Shown here piece after piece: positions 22,784 to 31,776 of a DNA stretch of 64,000 nt. The stretch is from Alphaproteobacteria bacterium. Lineage in GTDB: Bacteria; Pseudomonadota; Alphaproteobacteria; UBA7985. The position numbers and the translations under genes were made by a program. The notes below the pieces were generated by a model. The model was given only the letters and a program-made list of their open reading frames with translations, was not told the DNA's origin and made no database searches. The DNA is taken from positions 2,620-66,619 of the forward strand of contig CBDDHH010000004.1 of NCBI GenBank assembly GCA_965228345.1. Reading direction: 5' to 3'. Each line of letters starts with the position of its first letter. The stretch's first letter is position 1.

Positions 22784-23421
22784 GCGATCGGTTCTGCGCG
22801 TGACGGGGCTTTACGCGCGCGCGACGGAGCAGCGGCGGCGGTGCGTCCAGGCGCGCGGCTTGTGGTCGGCCTGGCCGCTTGTGGCCTCGCTTTCTTGTGC
22901 TTAGGAGTCTTAGCCCCTGATGACTTGGGTTCTGATGACTTGGCCTGGCTTGCTTTTGGTTTGGCGATCTTGGGTCTCGCCGTTTGGGGTTTTGTGGTCT
23001 TGGCTCCTGGAACTTGCGCATCCGACCTCTGCCTGGCTTGGCCTTTGGCACCTGGTGCGACGGTGGGTTTCCATAGGTCCTGTGCCAGTTTGCCAGGCGA
23101 CTGGAGGGCCGCGGACGCCTCGCGGGCTTCCCGGTCGACCTGATCTAGACCCTGGGAAATCTCACCACTTGGATCGAGGGCTTCCTTGACCAAGTTTCTG
23201 GGCCGAAGATTGCGCGCCTGACCGAACAATTTCCGTTCCTCGGCCAGGCCTGCATCATCGGCCATTGTATCGATTTGTCGGCGGAAATCCCGCGCGAGGG
23301 ACTGCACATTGCCGATCCACCTGCCCATGGTCCGCAACATTCCGGGCAAATCGTCCGGGCCCACGACGAGGATCAGAACAATGGCGATCAACGCAATTTC
23401 TTGCGCGCCCATACCAAACAT
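22780..23421 (-). CDS. tatB: TatB translocase
   Basis: MFGMGAQEIALIAIVLILVVGPDDLP; operon position. Confidence 0.92.
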   Translation of the reverse strand: MFGMGAQEIALIAIVLILVVGPDDLPGMLRTMGRWIGNVQSLARDFRRQIDTMADDAGLAEERKLFGQARNLRPRNLVKEALDPSGEISQGLDQVDREAREASAALQSPGKLAQDLWKPTVAPGAKGQARQRSDAQVPGAKTTKPQTARPKIAKPKASQAKSSEPKSSGAKTPKHKKARPQAARPTTSRAPGRTAAAAPSRARKAPSRAEPIA

Positions 23422-23469
23422 CGGTGGCTCTGCCTTGTCTAAGGGGAAATAAGGGCGACGATCGCGGAC

Positions 23470-23778
23470 TTAGGCCTTGGGGGATTTTTGCGCCGAGGCC
23501 TTCTTCGCTGCGCGCTTCTTCGCTGGTGCCGCATCGCCCAATGCGGTCTCAACCTCTACGACTTGTGCCTCTTGCGCCTCGACTTGCGGGGTCTCACCCT
23601 CGTCTTCGTCCTTCGCCTCATCGGCGCCTTCCTTCAGACCCGAGCGGAAGGAGTTGATGCCGCGACCGATGTCGCGCATAAAGGCGGGGATTTGGCCGCG
23701 TGATCCAAATAAAATTAGGGCGAGTAGGCCAATCACTACAATGCCCTGCCACCCCCACGAGCCGATGAATGCAAACAT
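23470..23778 (-). CDS. tatA: TatA translocase
   Basis: ALILFG...MRDIGRGINSFRSG. Confidence 0.92.
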   Translation of the reverse strand: MFAFIGSWGWQGIVVIGLLALILFGSRGQIPAFMRDIGRGINSFRSGLKEGADEAKDEDEGETPQVEAQEAQVVEVETALGDAAPAKKRAAKKASAQKSPKA

Positions 23779-23790
23779 GAACCAAATCTC

Positions 23791-24861
23791 CTATTTTCTA
23801 AAGACGTACACGAGGTCAGGATTGATGCCGACACCAAAGCGTTCACCTGGAGGTGGCAAGAACTGACCATCCATTCTGCAGTGTAAATGCAGTTTTCCGC
23901 TCGCAGTTGCAAGGGCCATGTGGATCATGGATTGCCGGCCCAGCTGTCGGGCTGCCTCTACCTCCACAATAGGCATACCAGGCCCCTCAATGGGGCATAA
24001 GCGCAAGGCCTCGGGACGGATCAAGACTTCGAGCGAGGCCTCCGCGGGCAAATCGGTTGGCCGCAGGCGACCTAGATCGGTCACCACCCATCCTTGATCG
24101 ACCACCCCGTCGATCAGATTGGTTTCACCGAAGAACTGGGCCACGAAAGCGTCTGCGGGCTCAAAAAACAACTCGTTGGGAACGCCGATCTGGGCGATTT
24201 TTCCCGCGCGCATGAGGGCCAGGCGGTCAGCCATAAAAAGGGCTTCGTCCGGGTCGTGCGTGACCATGAGCGCGGTGGTGCCTGTTTCTTTGACGAGATG
24301 CAGCGTATCATCGCGGACGCGATTGCGCAATGACGGGTCAAGCCCTGAAAAAGGCTCGTCAAGCAACAAGACGTCGGGCCTCGTCGCCAAGGCGCGGGCA
24401 AGGGCAACTCGCTGTTGCTGTCCCCCTGACAACTCGTGCGGCAGGGATTTGGCATGGTCGGTTAGGTCAAGCCGCGCGAGCAAGTCTGACACGTCAACCC
24501 TCCTGGCCTTCGCGCCGCGATAGCGCTGACCAAAGCCTACGTTTGCCGCCACAGTCATGTGCGGGAACAGGGCGAAATCCTGGAACATGAGGCCGACTGA
24601 TCGCGTTTCCGGGGGTATCTGTACTCGCGCCGATGAGACAATTTGTCCTGAAAGACGGACTTGACCTTGGGTCAGGCGATTGAGTCCCGCAGCCAGGCGC
24701 AAACACGTGGTTTTGCCGCATCCCGACGGCCCAAGCAGGCAGAGGAACTCTCCGCGCTCGACCTCAAAGCTCACTTCGTCGAGCGCCCGCAAACCTCCTC
24801 CGTATACGTAGGAAACCTGATCGAACTCGAGGGCTGCCGCTTCCCTCCTTAGATCCGTCAT
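23791..24861 (-). CDS. ABC transporter ATP-binding protein (FbpC/PotA-like, TOBE)
   Basis: GPSGCGKT, FQDFALFPH, LSGGQQQRV, LLLDEPF. Confidence 0.93.
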   Translation of the reverse strand: MTDLRREAAALEFDQVSYVYGGGLRALDEVSFEVERGEFLCLLGPSGCGKTTCLRLAAGLNRLTQGQVRLSGQIVSSARVQIPPETRSVGLMFQDFALFPHMTVAANVGFGQRYRGAKARRVDVSDLLARLDLTDHAKSLPHELSGGQQQRVALARALATRPDVLLLDEPFSGLDPSLRNRVRDDTLHLVKETGTTALMVTHDPDEALFMADRLALMRAGKIAQIGVPNELFFEPADAFVAQFFGETNLIDGVVDQGWVVTDLGRLRPTDLPAEASLEVLIRPEALRLCPIEGPGMPIVEVEAARQLGRQSMIHMALATASGKLHLHCRMDGQFLPPPGERFGVGINPDLVYVFRK

Positions 24862-25496
24862 GGCCCCTCTCCCACATCGGGCCTCAGCTCGGCTAGCGCG
24901 GCATCAGCGGCGTCTTCGCTCGCGTCCTCCTCAAGGTGGGGGTCTTCCAAGGCTCCATAAACCTGCGGGCTGGACCCATCAAGCAACCCTGCGGCACGCA
25001 GGTCTTGCATGCCCGGCAGGGCGTCTAAGTCGGCCAAGCCAAACTGGTCTAAAAAGGCCGGGGTTGTCCCCCACTCCACAGGACGTCCTGGGCTATCGCG
25101 GCGCCCTTGCGGGGCTATCCATCCGTGTTCCAGGAGCACGTCCAAGGTTCCCCGTGCCACCGCGACTCCCCGCAAGTCCTCAATATCCCCACGGGTAGCA
25201 GGTTGATGGTAGGCGATGATCGCTAGGGTTTCCAGCGCGGCTTTGGAGAGCTTTCGCTCCTCCTCCCGCTCGCACTTTAGCAGGACGGAAAGATCGGGCG
25301 CGGTGCGGAAGGCGAAGCGGGTTCCTGTTCGTTCCAGGGTCAGGCCACGGCCTCCATAGTCGTGGCTCAGGGCCTCAATCACCGCGTCCAAGTCGGTCGT
25401 TTCCCCAACCAAGGCGCGCAGATCGGCTGCTTCCATGGGGTGAGCCGCTGTAAAGAGTGTCGCTTCAACCAGGCGCTTGGCCAGCACAAAATCCAT
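24858..25496 (-). CDS. scpB: SMC-Scp complex subunit ScpB
   Basis: LSKAALETLAIIAYHQPATRGDIE..RGV, PGRP; upstream ORF extension is repeat-derived. Confidence 0.95.
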   Translation of the reverse strand: MDFVLAKRLVEATLFTAAHPMEAADLRALVGETTDLDAVIEALSHDYGGRGLTLERTGTRFAFRTAPDLSVLLKCEREEERKLSKAALETLAIIAYHQPATRGDIEDLRGVAVARGTLDVLLEHGWIAPQGRRDSPGRPVEWGTTPAFLDQFGLADLDALPGMQDLRAAGLLDGSSPQVYGALEDPHLEEDASEDAADAALAELRPDVGEGP

Positions 25497-25508
25497 AGGC
25501 GAAGTCTT

Positions 25509-25629
25509 ATACCAACGGAAGAATGAATTGACATTCATTCTTCCGTTTTGTGTCTCGCGGCAGAAACGCTTCGCGTTTCGCCTCCGAATACCAGCGAACA
25601 AAAGAGTCATTTTAAATCGCCGCTGGTCT
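25509..25629. repeat. Short (121-bp) modular repeat between scpA and scpB
   Basis: Hairpin AACGGAAGAATGAAT-TGAC-ATTCATTCTTCCGTT + mini core + second hairpin; target variant TTTGTGT-CT-CGCG. Confidence 0.88.
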
Positions 25630-26417
25630 TAGCTGTTGACCGCCCCAGGGTCCAGGGCACGCATAAGTACAGGCCCAAAGGCACGATCCTGCCGCAGCTC
25701 CAACTTGCGCTGTCGTGTCAATTCCAATCCCGCCAAGAAAGTGGCGGCCACCACCGAACGCCGTAGGGGCGGCGCGGCAGTCGATAGCGCGTTGGGCAAG
25801 ACATCTTGCAGGCGCGTCCATGTCGGGGTCTTGATCTGAAGCAAGCTGGAAAGACGCGCCAAAGCATCTTCAAATTTGTAGGCCTGGGGAGCCCTAACCG
25901 TCAGGGAAGAAGCCGCCCTGCGACGCTGAACACCCGCGTAGGCCGACAGCAGATCGTATAGGCCAGCTATATAGCGCAACCGAGTCTTTCCCCTCACCTC
26001 CGGCAAACGGCCAGTGGCGAAACGGTCTTGACCCAACATCGGGAGAGCCATCAGTGCATCGCCTGCGTCTTTCATCGCCTTAAGCCGCTTAAGCCGTTGC
26101 GCTAAGGCGGCGGCCAGCGCCAAGGAGTCTTGCTCTTCTACCTCAAGAGCGGGCACAGGGAGCAAGAGCCGCGACTTGAGGTAGGCCAGCACCGCCGCCA
26201 TGACGAGATACTCCGTTGCCACCTCGAGGTTTTGCTCTTTAACCGCTTGAACGAACGCCAAGTACTGTTCGACCAAGGTCAGGATGGAAATGGCTGATAG
26301 ATCGACCTTTTGGGTTTTCGCAAGCTCAAGCAAAGCCTCAAGCGGCCCCTCGTAGGAGTCGAGATCAACGATCAACTTCTGGGAAATCGATAGGTCAGGG
26401 GAATCGTCAGACGACAT
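25629..26417 (-). CDS. scpA: SMC-Scp complex subunit ScpA
   Basis: YEGPLEALLELA, EYLVMAAVLAYLKSRLLLP, FLAGLEL. Confidence 0.95.
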   Translation of the reverse strand: MSSDDSPDLSISQKLIVDLDSYEGPLEALLELAKTQKVDLSAISILTLVEQYLAFVQAVKEQNLEVATEYLVMAAVLAYLKSRLLLPVPALEVEEQDSLALAAALAQRLKRLKAMKDAGDALMALPMLGQDRFATGRLPEVRGKTRLRYIAGLYDLLSAYAGVQRRRAASSLTVRAPQAYKFEDALARLSSLLQIKTPTWTRLQDVLPNALSTAAPPLRRSVVAATFLAGLELTRQRKLELRQDRAFGPVLMRALDPGAVNS

Positions 26418-26595
26418 AGGGCTCCCATAGGTGGAGCCCAAGCCGATTGGAACAATCGACCCTAAGGAATATCCTCGCCAATAACGGACTTATACCAACG
26501 GTCATAAAAAGTGACCTTTTCATGACCGTTTCGTGTCTTGTCTAATGGAATATGAGCGTTTTCTTGCCGCGATGCTAGATCATTTGTGGTAAGCT

Positions 26596-26773
26596 TGACG
26601 CGCCGATTTGGGGGTGGCCACCCCCAAATCGGCGGCGGGGCTGGATCGTTCGTGTCTAGGTGCTGCGTTGCAGGCACCGTTCGTGAGTTTGATCACCCCG
26701 TCTTTCCTACAAGTGGCCCGAATGGATACTAGGGAGCCAGCTGTGCGTCCCCTATGACAAGAAAGGGAACGCA
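26596..26773 (+). ncRNA. Putative IS110 bridge RNA (copy 3)
   Basis: LTG 26649-26657, RTG 26682-26687, LDG 26722-26730, RDG 26756-26761, each pair on opposite sides of an internal loop; ends approximate. Confidence 0.85.
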
Positions 26774-26776
26774 AAG

Positions 26777-27716
26777 ATGTCACAAGTTACCATCGGAATT
26801 GATGTTTCAAAAGCCCAATTCGATATTTTTGTGTCAAATGGCCAAAACCATAGCTGCAAGCCCAATACCCCTTGCGGGATTAAGGCTCTCATCAAGACCT
26901 TGAGCAAGCTTCCTGATTGCCTGGTCGTTTTTGAGGCAACTGGCTTCTATCACAGAGCCTTGGAACGGGGCCTTGCTCAAGCCCAAATCGCTTACGCAAA
27001 GGTCAACCCTTGGCAAGCCCGATGCTTTGCCAACAGCATCGGCCAACTCGCAAAAACCGATAAGGTCGATGCGAAAATCCTGGCACTCATGGGCCAAACC
27101 CTCCCCCTTGAGCCCACCAAGATACGCGATGAAGTCATTGAAACTCTTGGAGAATACCAAAGTCTTCATCAAGGGCTTGTGCAAACGCAAACGCAGTGGA
27201 GCAACAGGAAGAAAGTCGTTACCCATAAGGCCGCTGTGAGGCTTGCAACGAGAATGCTCAAGACCCTCGAAAAGGAGATCGAACAGCTAACCCTCAAGAC
27301 CAAGAAGCTCATCGAAGCCCATCCTGATCTCTTGGAACGCTTTAACATCTTGATCACAATCCCAGGGATTGCGGCACGAACAGCCATATCCCTTGTGACC
27401 AACATGCCAGAGCTTGGCACACTCAGTCAGAAAAAGATCGGCGCTCTAGCTGGCTTGGCTCCTATGCAATCCCAATCAGGAACGCTTAAGGGTGTCGCCC
27501 GTATCAAGGGGGGAAGAGCTCCTGTACGCAATGCTCTCTACATGCCTTCCTTGGTTGCCATGCGATACAATGAAGACCTAAAGGGTTTCTTAGAGCCGCC
27601 TTGTCGAAGCCGGAAAGCCGAAAAAAGTCGCCCTCATCGCCGTGATGCCTAAGCTGATCACGCTGGCAAATGCCCTCTTGCGGGAAAACAGAAAATGGTC
27701 ACAAATTGCCCCTTGA
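26777..27716 (+). pseudogene. IS110 DEDD/Ser recombinase with a +1 frameshift near 27590
   Basis: DEDD motifs, IPGIA, QSG serine; natural C-terminus SRLVEAGKPKKVALIAVMPKL...WSQIAP* lies in the +1 frame ending TGA 27716. Confidence 0.9.
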
Positions 27717-27971
27717 TTTATCATGGATACTCACGGCAGAAACGCTTCGCGTTTCGCCTCCCCTCCGCTTATACACCGAGGCGCGTGTCCGCCGATCTCG
27801 GGGCCGCGTGTTTTTGGCGCGGGCGTTCCCTGCGCCCTTCGGGCTTGGAGCCCGCTACGGGGGCCGCAGTCGCGGCTCTTATACCAGCGATCATAAGAGT
27901 CATTTATAATTGCCGCTGGTATTATACTGACTCCGCTAAAAATTGACATTTTTAGCGGAGTCGGTGTAATA

Positions 27972-29660
27972 TTAGCCGTTAAAGACAAGCCATTGATTTT
28001 GCCTGCGACCCAGGCGTCCTCCCACTTGTCGCGCAGCCGCGCCGCTTTCAAACCCAGTCAGGTAGAGGCGTACCCAGATTTGCCCATTGACCTCCACCTG
28101 GTGATAAAGGGGTTCGAGGGTCGCGATTTGCGCTGGGGCCTCCTGCAACAAATTCGCATAGGCTTCCTGGGCGCGAGTCAGACTGCCGTAGGAACCTTCT
28201 TGAACATAGAGCCCTGTTGGCGCCGCAGCAAGAAGGGCTGGGCCGGGACGTTGATCAACCACAGGAGTTGTAGCCGAGGGACGCGCTACCTCGTCATCGC
28301 TTGACGGGGCTTGCGACACCAGAGGGGCTGCGGGTCGCGTCGCCTCGGCAACGCTTGCCTGGGCCGTCGTTGTGGGTTGCAGGCTTAAGGGTTGCGGGCT
28401 CGAGGCAAGCGCTGCCGCGGGCAGTCCAGTCTGGTCCTTCCCCAACAAAGCCCCTTCAAGCCTTATGGGAATGTCAAATTCTTCGATGATCGACACTTGC
28501 GTTGTGTCGGGCTCCTGTGGTTCAATTGCCTCGGCAAGCACGGAAGAAAAACTGGCCCCAGGCGATAGGTCCTGGTTCAAAAAATCCCACGCGTCCTCGT
28601 CAATCACTGAATCTTGCTCAGGATGCAAAATGACAAGACCCCTGCCTGCAACCTGCCGACCACCTGGGTCCTCGGGTAGCACCCTCTCTGGTCCCGTGGG
28701 CGCGACAACACGCAATAACTCAGGAGCAGACGAAGCGCGCCAAAGTTGCGTATAGGCAGCACCCGCGACCAGAGTTATGAGGGCGAGGAGGACCGAGGGC
28801 AAAACCCATGTCGCCCTGCCTGGGCGGCGACCGGACCATGCCCCTTGCGCTCGCCAGGGGGCATCATCCTCAGCGGCGCGGGCGGCGTCGCCTTCAGGAT
28901 TTGTTTCCGCCATACTGGGCTCGATCCAATCGGCCATCCGCGTCTCCAACGCTGAGGGCAGCATTTGATGACCTTGGGTTTGCGATGGCAGAACAGGTGC
29001 GCGGGAGGACGCCTGGTCCGCAGAGATGGAAGGTTCGTCTTGGCTTGCCGACGGGTGTTGCCCTGGCGCCCCCGCCGGCGGATAGGGAAAGACCCCCTCA
29101 AGCAAAGCCCCCTTTCCGGGAGCGTGCGCCGCCATGGAAGGCCGCACGGGTTGTTCCTGTACAGGGCTCGTGGCTTGACGCTTTGGCTCAAACGCGGGAT
29201 CGCACACGGTGGGGATGTGGCCGGTGCCGCCCTTTGCAAACTGTTCTTGTAAGACCTTCGATGGCGCTGCGGGGAAGGGCTTTTGAGCTGGGGACGCCTG
29301 GAACGGAAACCCTAAGGAGGAAACCGCGTTGGGAACCGCGACCGGCGGCCTCGGCGCTACTCCATTTAGTTGCGCATTGATCTCAGCTGAAGTCTGATCC
29401 GTGGCGCCGTGGGCCGCAGGATGTGCAAACGCCTGAGCTGTTGCGGGGCTGCCCCCCGCTTGGGCCATGGGGTTGATGGGGCGTCGTGATAGGTCTGAAT
29501 AGGGCGAAGCAGAAGCATGCCCTGCGGCCTGCCCGGGTCTTGATGGCTGCGCTGTCATCGTTTGATGATGGGGGGGATGTGGTTCGGGGCGTTGAGCGTG
29601 TGGGGTCTGGATACCTCTGGGGTTAGTCCATTCCGCCAGTTGATTGACGATCTGTGTCAT
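27972..29660 (-). CDS. SPOR-domain cell-division protein with long Pro-rich linker
   Basis: TM helix, P.DPGG motif, C-terminal YVQEGSY...WVRLY; downstream of argS as usual in alphaproteobacteria. Confidence 0.85.
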   Translation of the reverse strand: MTQIVNQLAEWTNPRGIQTPHAQRPEPHPPHHQTMTAQPSRPGQAAGHASASPYSDLSRRPINPMAQAGGSPATAQAFAHPAAHGATDQTSAEINAQLNGVAPRPPVAVPNAVSSLGFPFQASPAQKPFPAAPSKVLQEQFAKGGTGHIPTVCDPAFEPKRQATSPVQEQPVRPSMAAHAPGKGALLEGVFPYPPAGAPGQHPSASQDEPSISADQASSRAPVLPSQTQGHQMLPSALETRMADWIEPSMAETNPEGDAARAAEDDAPWRAQGAWSGRRPGRATWVLPSVLLALITLVAGAAYTQLWRASSAPELLRVVAPTGPERVLPEDPGGRQVAGRGLVILHPEQDSVIDEDAWDFLNQDLSPGASFSSVLAEAIEPQEPDTTQVSIIEEFDIPIRLEGALLGKDQTGLPAAALASSPQPLSLQPTTTAQASVAEATRPAAPLVSQAPSSDDEVARPSATTPVVDQRPGPALLAAAPTGLYVQEGSYGSLTRAQEAYANLLQEAPAQIATLEPLYHQVEVNGQIWVRLYLTGFESGAAARQVGGRLGRRQNQWLVFNG

Positions 29661-31380
29661 TGCGCAATTCCTTTAGCGGTTCCACGCCCATGAGCCATAG
29701 CCCCGCCCTTAATGTAACGGCCACCTGCTCCACCAAGAAGAGCCGGGCGACCGTCAGGTCAAAATTATCTTCGAGTATAAATCGCCTTCCAGGGTCCCGC
29801 CCCATCGACCAACGTGCGTTAAAGACAGCAGCAAGGTCCAGCAGGTAAAAGGCCACGCGGTGTGGTTCCCTCTGCAGGGCAGCGGCCTCCAAGACTTTGG
29901 GCCAGAGCGCCAGCTGCTTTGCCACCTCCAAATCCTCGACAGTCAAGAGAGAAAGATTGGTAAGCTCTTGATTTATATCGATTTTATTTGTGCCTGTCCA
30001 GACTTTTTCTATTTCATGGCGTAAAGAATGGGTTCGCGCATGCGCGTATTGAATATAAAAGACAGGATTGTCGCGATTTTGTGCCCGAACTTTGCTAACG
30101 TCAAAATCAAGAGCTTCGCTGGATCTTCGAGTAAGAAGCGTAAAGCGCAAGGCGTCAGGCCCAACCCAGTCCAACACGTCGCGCAGAGTTACAAAGGACC
30201 CTGCCCGCTTCGACATCTTGATGGGGACTCCTTGGTTCAAGACCTTGACAACCGCGCAGGTCAGAACCTCTAGCGTCGCCGCCCCGTCTGTCACGGCGCG
30301 GGCGGCCGCCTGCATGCGGCGAATGTAGCCCTTGTGATCTTCTCCCCAAACATCAATCAAGGTCCCGCGCGTGCGCAAATACTTGTCACGGTGATAGGCG
30401 ATATCATTCGCAAAATAGGTGCTCGTCCGGTCGCTCTTTTGTAGAGGGCGATCTACCTCGTCCCCAAACTGCGTTGCCCGAAACAACAGCTGCTCGCGCG
30501 GTTCCCAGTCGTCGGGCTTTTTGCCCTTGGGTGGATCCAAGGTTCCGCGATAGACTAGGCCTTTCTTGTCGAGGGCCTCCAAACACGTCGCAACTTGACC
30601 TCTGGCAATCAAAGAAGCCTCAGAGGAGAAGACTTGGTCGATCGATAGACGGTGCAAATCGGCACGAATGAGGTCCAAGAGATAGGAAATGGCGAAGGTC
30701 TTCAGCGGGTCGTGCCAATCAGGGGTGTTGAGCCAGATGTCGCCATCGCGATCCCGCAAGGCTTGCGCAACCTCGATCAGATACATCCCAGGGTAATGAC
30801 CGTCTGGAATCTGCACGGTTTCGCCAAAAAGTTCGCGATAGCGTAAGTAAAGGCTCTGGGCCAAGGTATCGACCTGGGCACCCGCGTCATTTAGGTAGTA
30901 TTCGCGCGTCACCTCAAACCCGAGTGCAGTAAGTATGCGGGCCAATACGTCGCCAACGACCGCCCCTCGCGCATGGCCCATGTGCAAGGGCCCGGTGGGG
31001 TTGGCCGAAACATATTCGACATTGATCGCCTGACCCTGGCCGAGGGTTGAGTGGCCGTAGCGTTCACCTGCGCTATGGATCGACTGCAGCACCGCGTGCC
31101 AGGCGACATCTTTCAAACGCAAATTCAAAAATCCAGGCCCCGCAATTTGGGCTTCTGCCAACCAATCCCACCTTTCTAACCGGGTGGCGATCTTCCCTGC
31201 AAGGTCGCGAGGCGCGAGGCCCGCAGGTTTGGCCAAGACCAAGGCAGCATTAGTCGCTAAATGGCCATGGCTGGTGTCGCGCGGTTGATCTACCGCGACT
31301 TTGCTGGTGTCCGTCGGAACCGGCACCAGGCCAGCCAAGGCCGAAATGATCTTGTCACGGGTCAGGGCAAAGAGATTCAT
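29623..31380 (-). CDS. argS: Arginyl-tRNA synthetase
   Basis: VEYVSANPTGPLHMGH, KMSKRAG, NPVFYIQYAHAR. Confidence 0.98.
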   Translation of the reverse strand: MNLFALTRDKIISALAGLVPVPTDTSKVAVDQPRDTSHGHLATNAALVLAKPAGLAPRDLAGKIATRLERWDWLAEAQIAGPGFLNLRLKDVAWHAVLQSIHSAGERYGHSTLGQGQAINVEYVSANPTGPLHMGHARGAVVGDVLARILTALGFEVTREYYLNDAGAQVDTLAQSLYLRYRELFGETVQIPDGHYPGMYLIEVAQALRDRDGDIWLNTPDWHDPLKTFAISYLLDLIRADLHRLSIDQVFSSEASLIARGQVATCLEALDKKGLVYRGTLDPPKGKKPDDWEPREQLLFRATQFGDEVDRPLQKSDRTSTYFANDIAYHRDKYLRTRGTLIDVWGEDHKGYIRRMQAAARAVTDGAATLEVLTCAVVKVLNQGVPIKMSKRAGSFVTLRDVLDWVGPDALRFTLLTRRSSEALDFDVSKVRAQNRDNPVFYIQYAHARTHSLRHEIEKVWTGTNKIDINQELTNLSLLTVEDLEVAKQLALWPKVLEAAALQREPHRVAFYLLDLAAVFNARWSMGRDPGRRFILEDNFDLTVARLFLVEQVAVTLRAGLWLMGVEPLKELRNDTDRQSTGGMD

Positions 31381-31424
31381 ATTGATTGCCTATCGCACCT
31401 TTGGACCCCGTGTCAGGCCCAATA

Positions 31425-31759
31425 ATACCAGCAGCGAAGGAGAAAGACTCTTTTGATCGCTAGTATTATACCAGTTCTCCTTAAAACAGACTCTTTATGA
31501 ACTGGTATAGGGCCGCGACTGCGGCCCCCGTAGCGGGCTCCAAGCCCGAAGGGCGCAGGGAACGCCCGCGCCAAAAACAAGCGGCCCCGAGAATAGCTAA
31601 GAAAGCGCCTCGGAGTATAAGCGAAGGCCCCGTCGCGCGGTCGGGCTGAGCGAGTGGTGCGAGCGAGGTGAGACCGCAACTCCAAAAGCCGAAACGCGAA
31701 GCGTTTCTGCCGTGAGACAAAACTCTGCTGAAAATGTCAATTTTTAGCGGAGTTGGTAT
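31425..31759. repeat. Longest modular repeat (335 bp) with two stacked left hairpins
   Basis: Hairpins 31425-31466, 31468-31508, 31717-31759; full GC-rich core; target variant GTTTTGT-CT-CACG. Confidence 0.9.
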
Positions 31760-31776
31760 TGGGATCGACAGCGTCC

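Larger units (their letters stand above)
26539..27731 (+). mobile_element. IS110-family element copy 3, full length (1193 bp), flanked by CT cores
   Basis: Junctions TTCGTGT-CT|TGTC... and ...ATGGATA-CT|CACG; no terminal IR; long left end, very short right end. Confidence 0.95.
26492..27967. repeat. Complete modular repeat split by IS110 copy 3, plus an extra stacked hairpin (27924-27967)
   Basis: 26492-26538 joined to 27732-27922 reconstitutes a repeat colinear with 5917-6106 (reverse complement), with extra core sequence. Confidence 0.92.

Noticed and set aside
25497-25610. ScpB N-terminal extension as a repeat-encoded peptide insertion
   Set aside because: Lies wholly in the repeat upstream of the likely start; no evidence it is translated
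26563-26564. Alternative IS110 left junction at the second CT (GCGTTTT-CT|TGCC)
   Set aside because: Matches the target guide at only 2/7 flanking positions, and its donor side (CTTGCC) mismatches GACAAG at the fifth base, versus perfect matches at 26537-38. The empty site at 6056-68 also supports the first CT. Kept only as a caveat.
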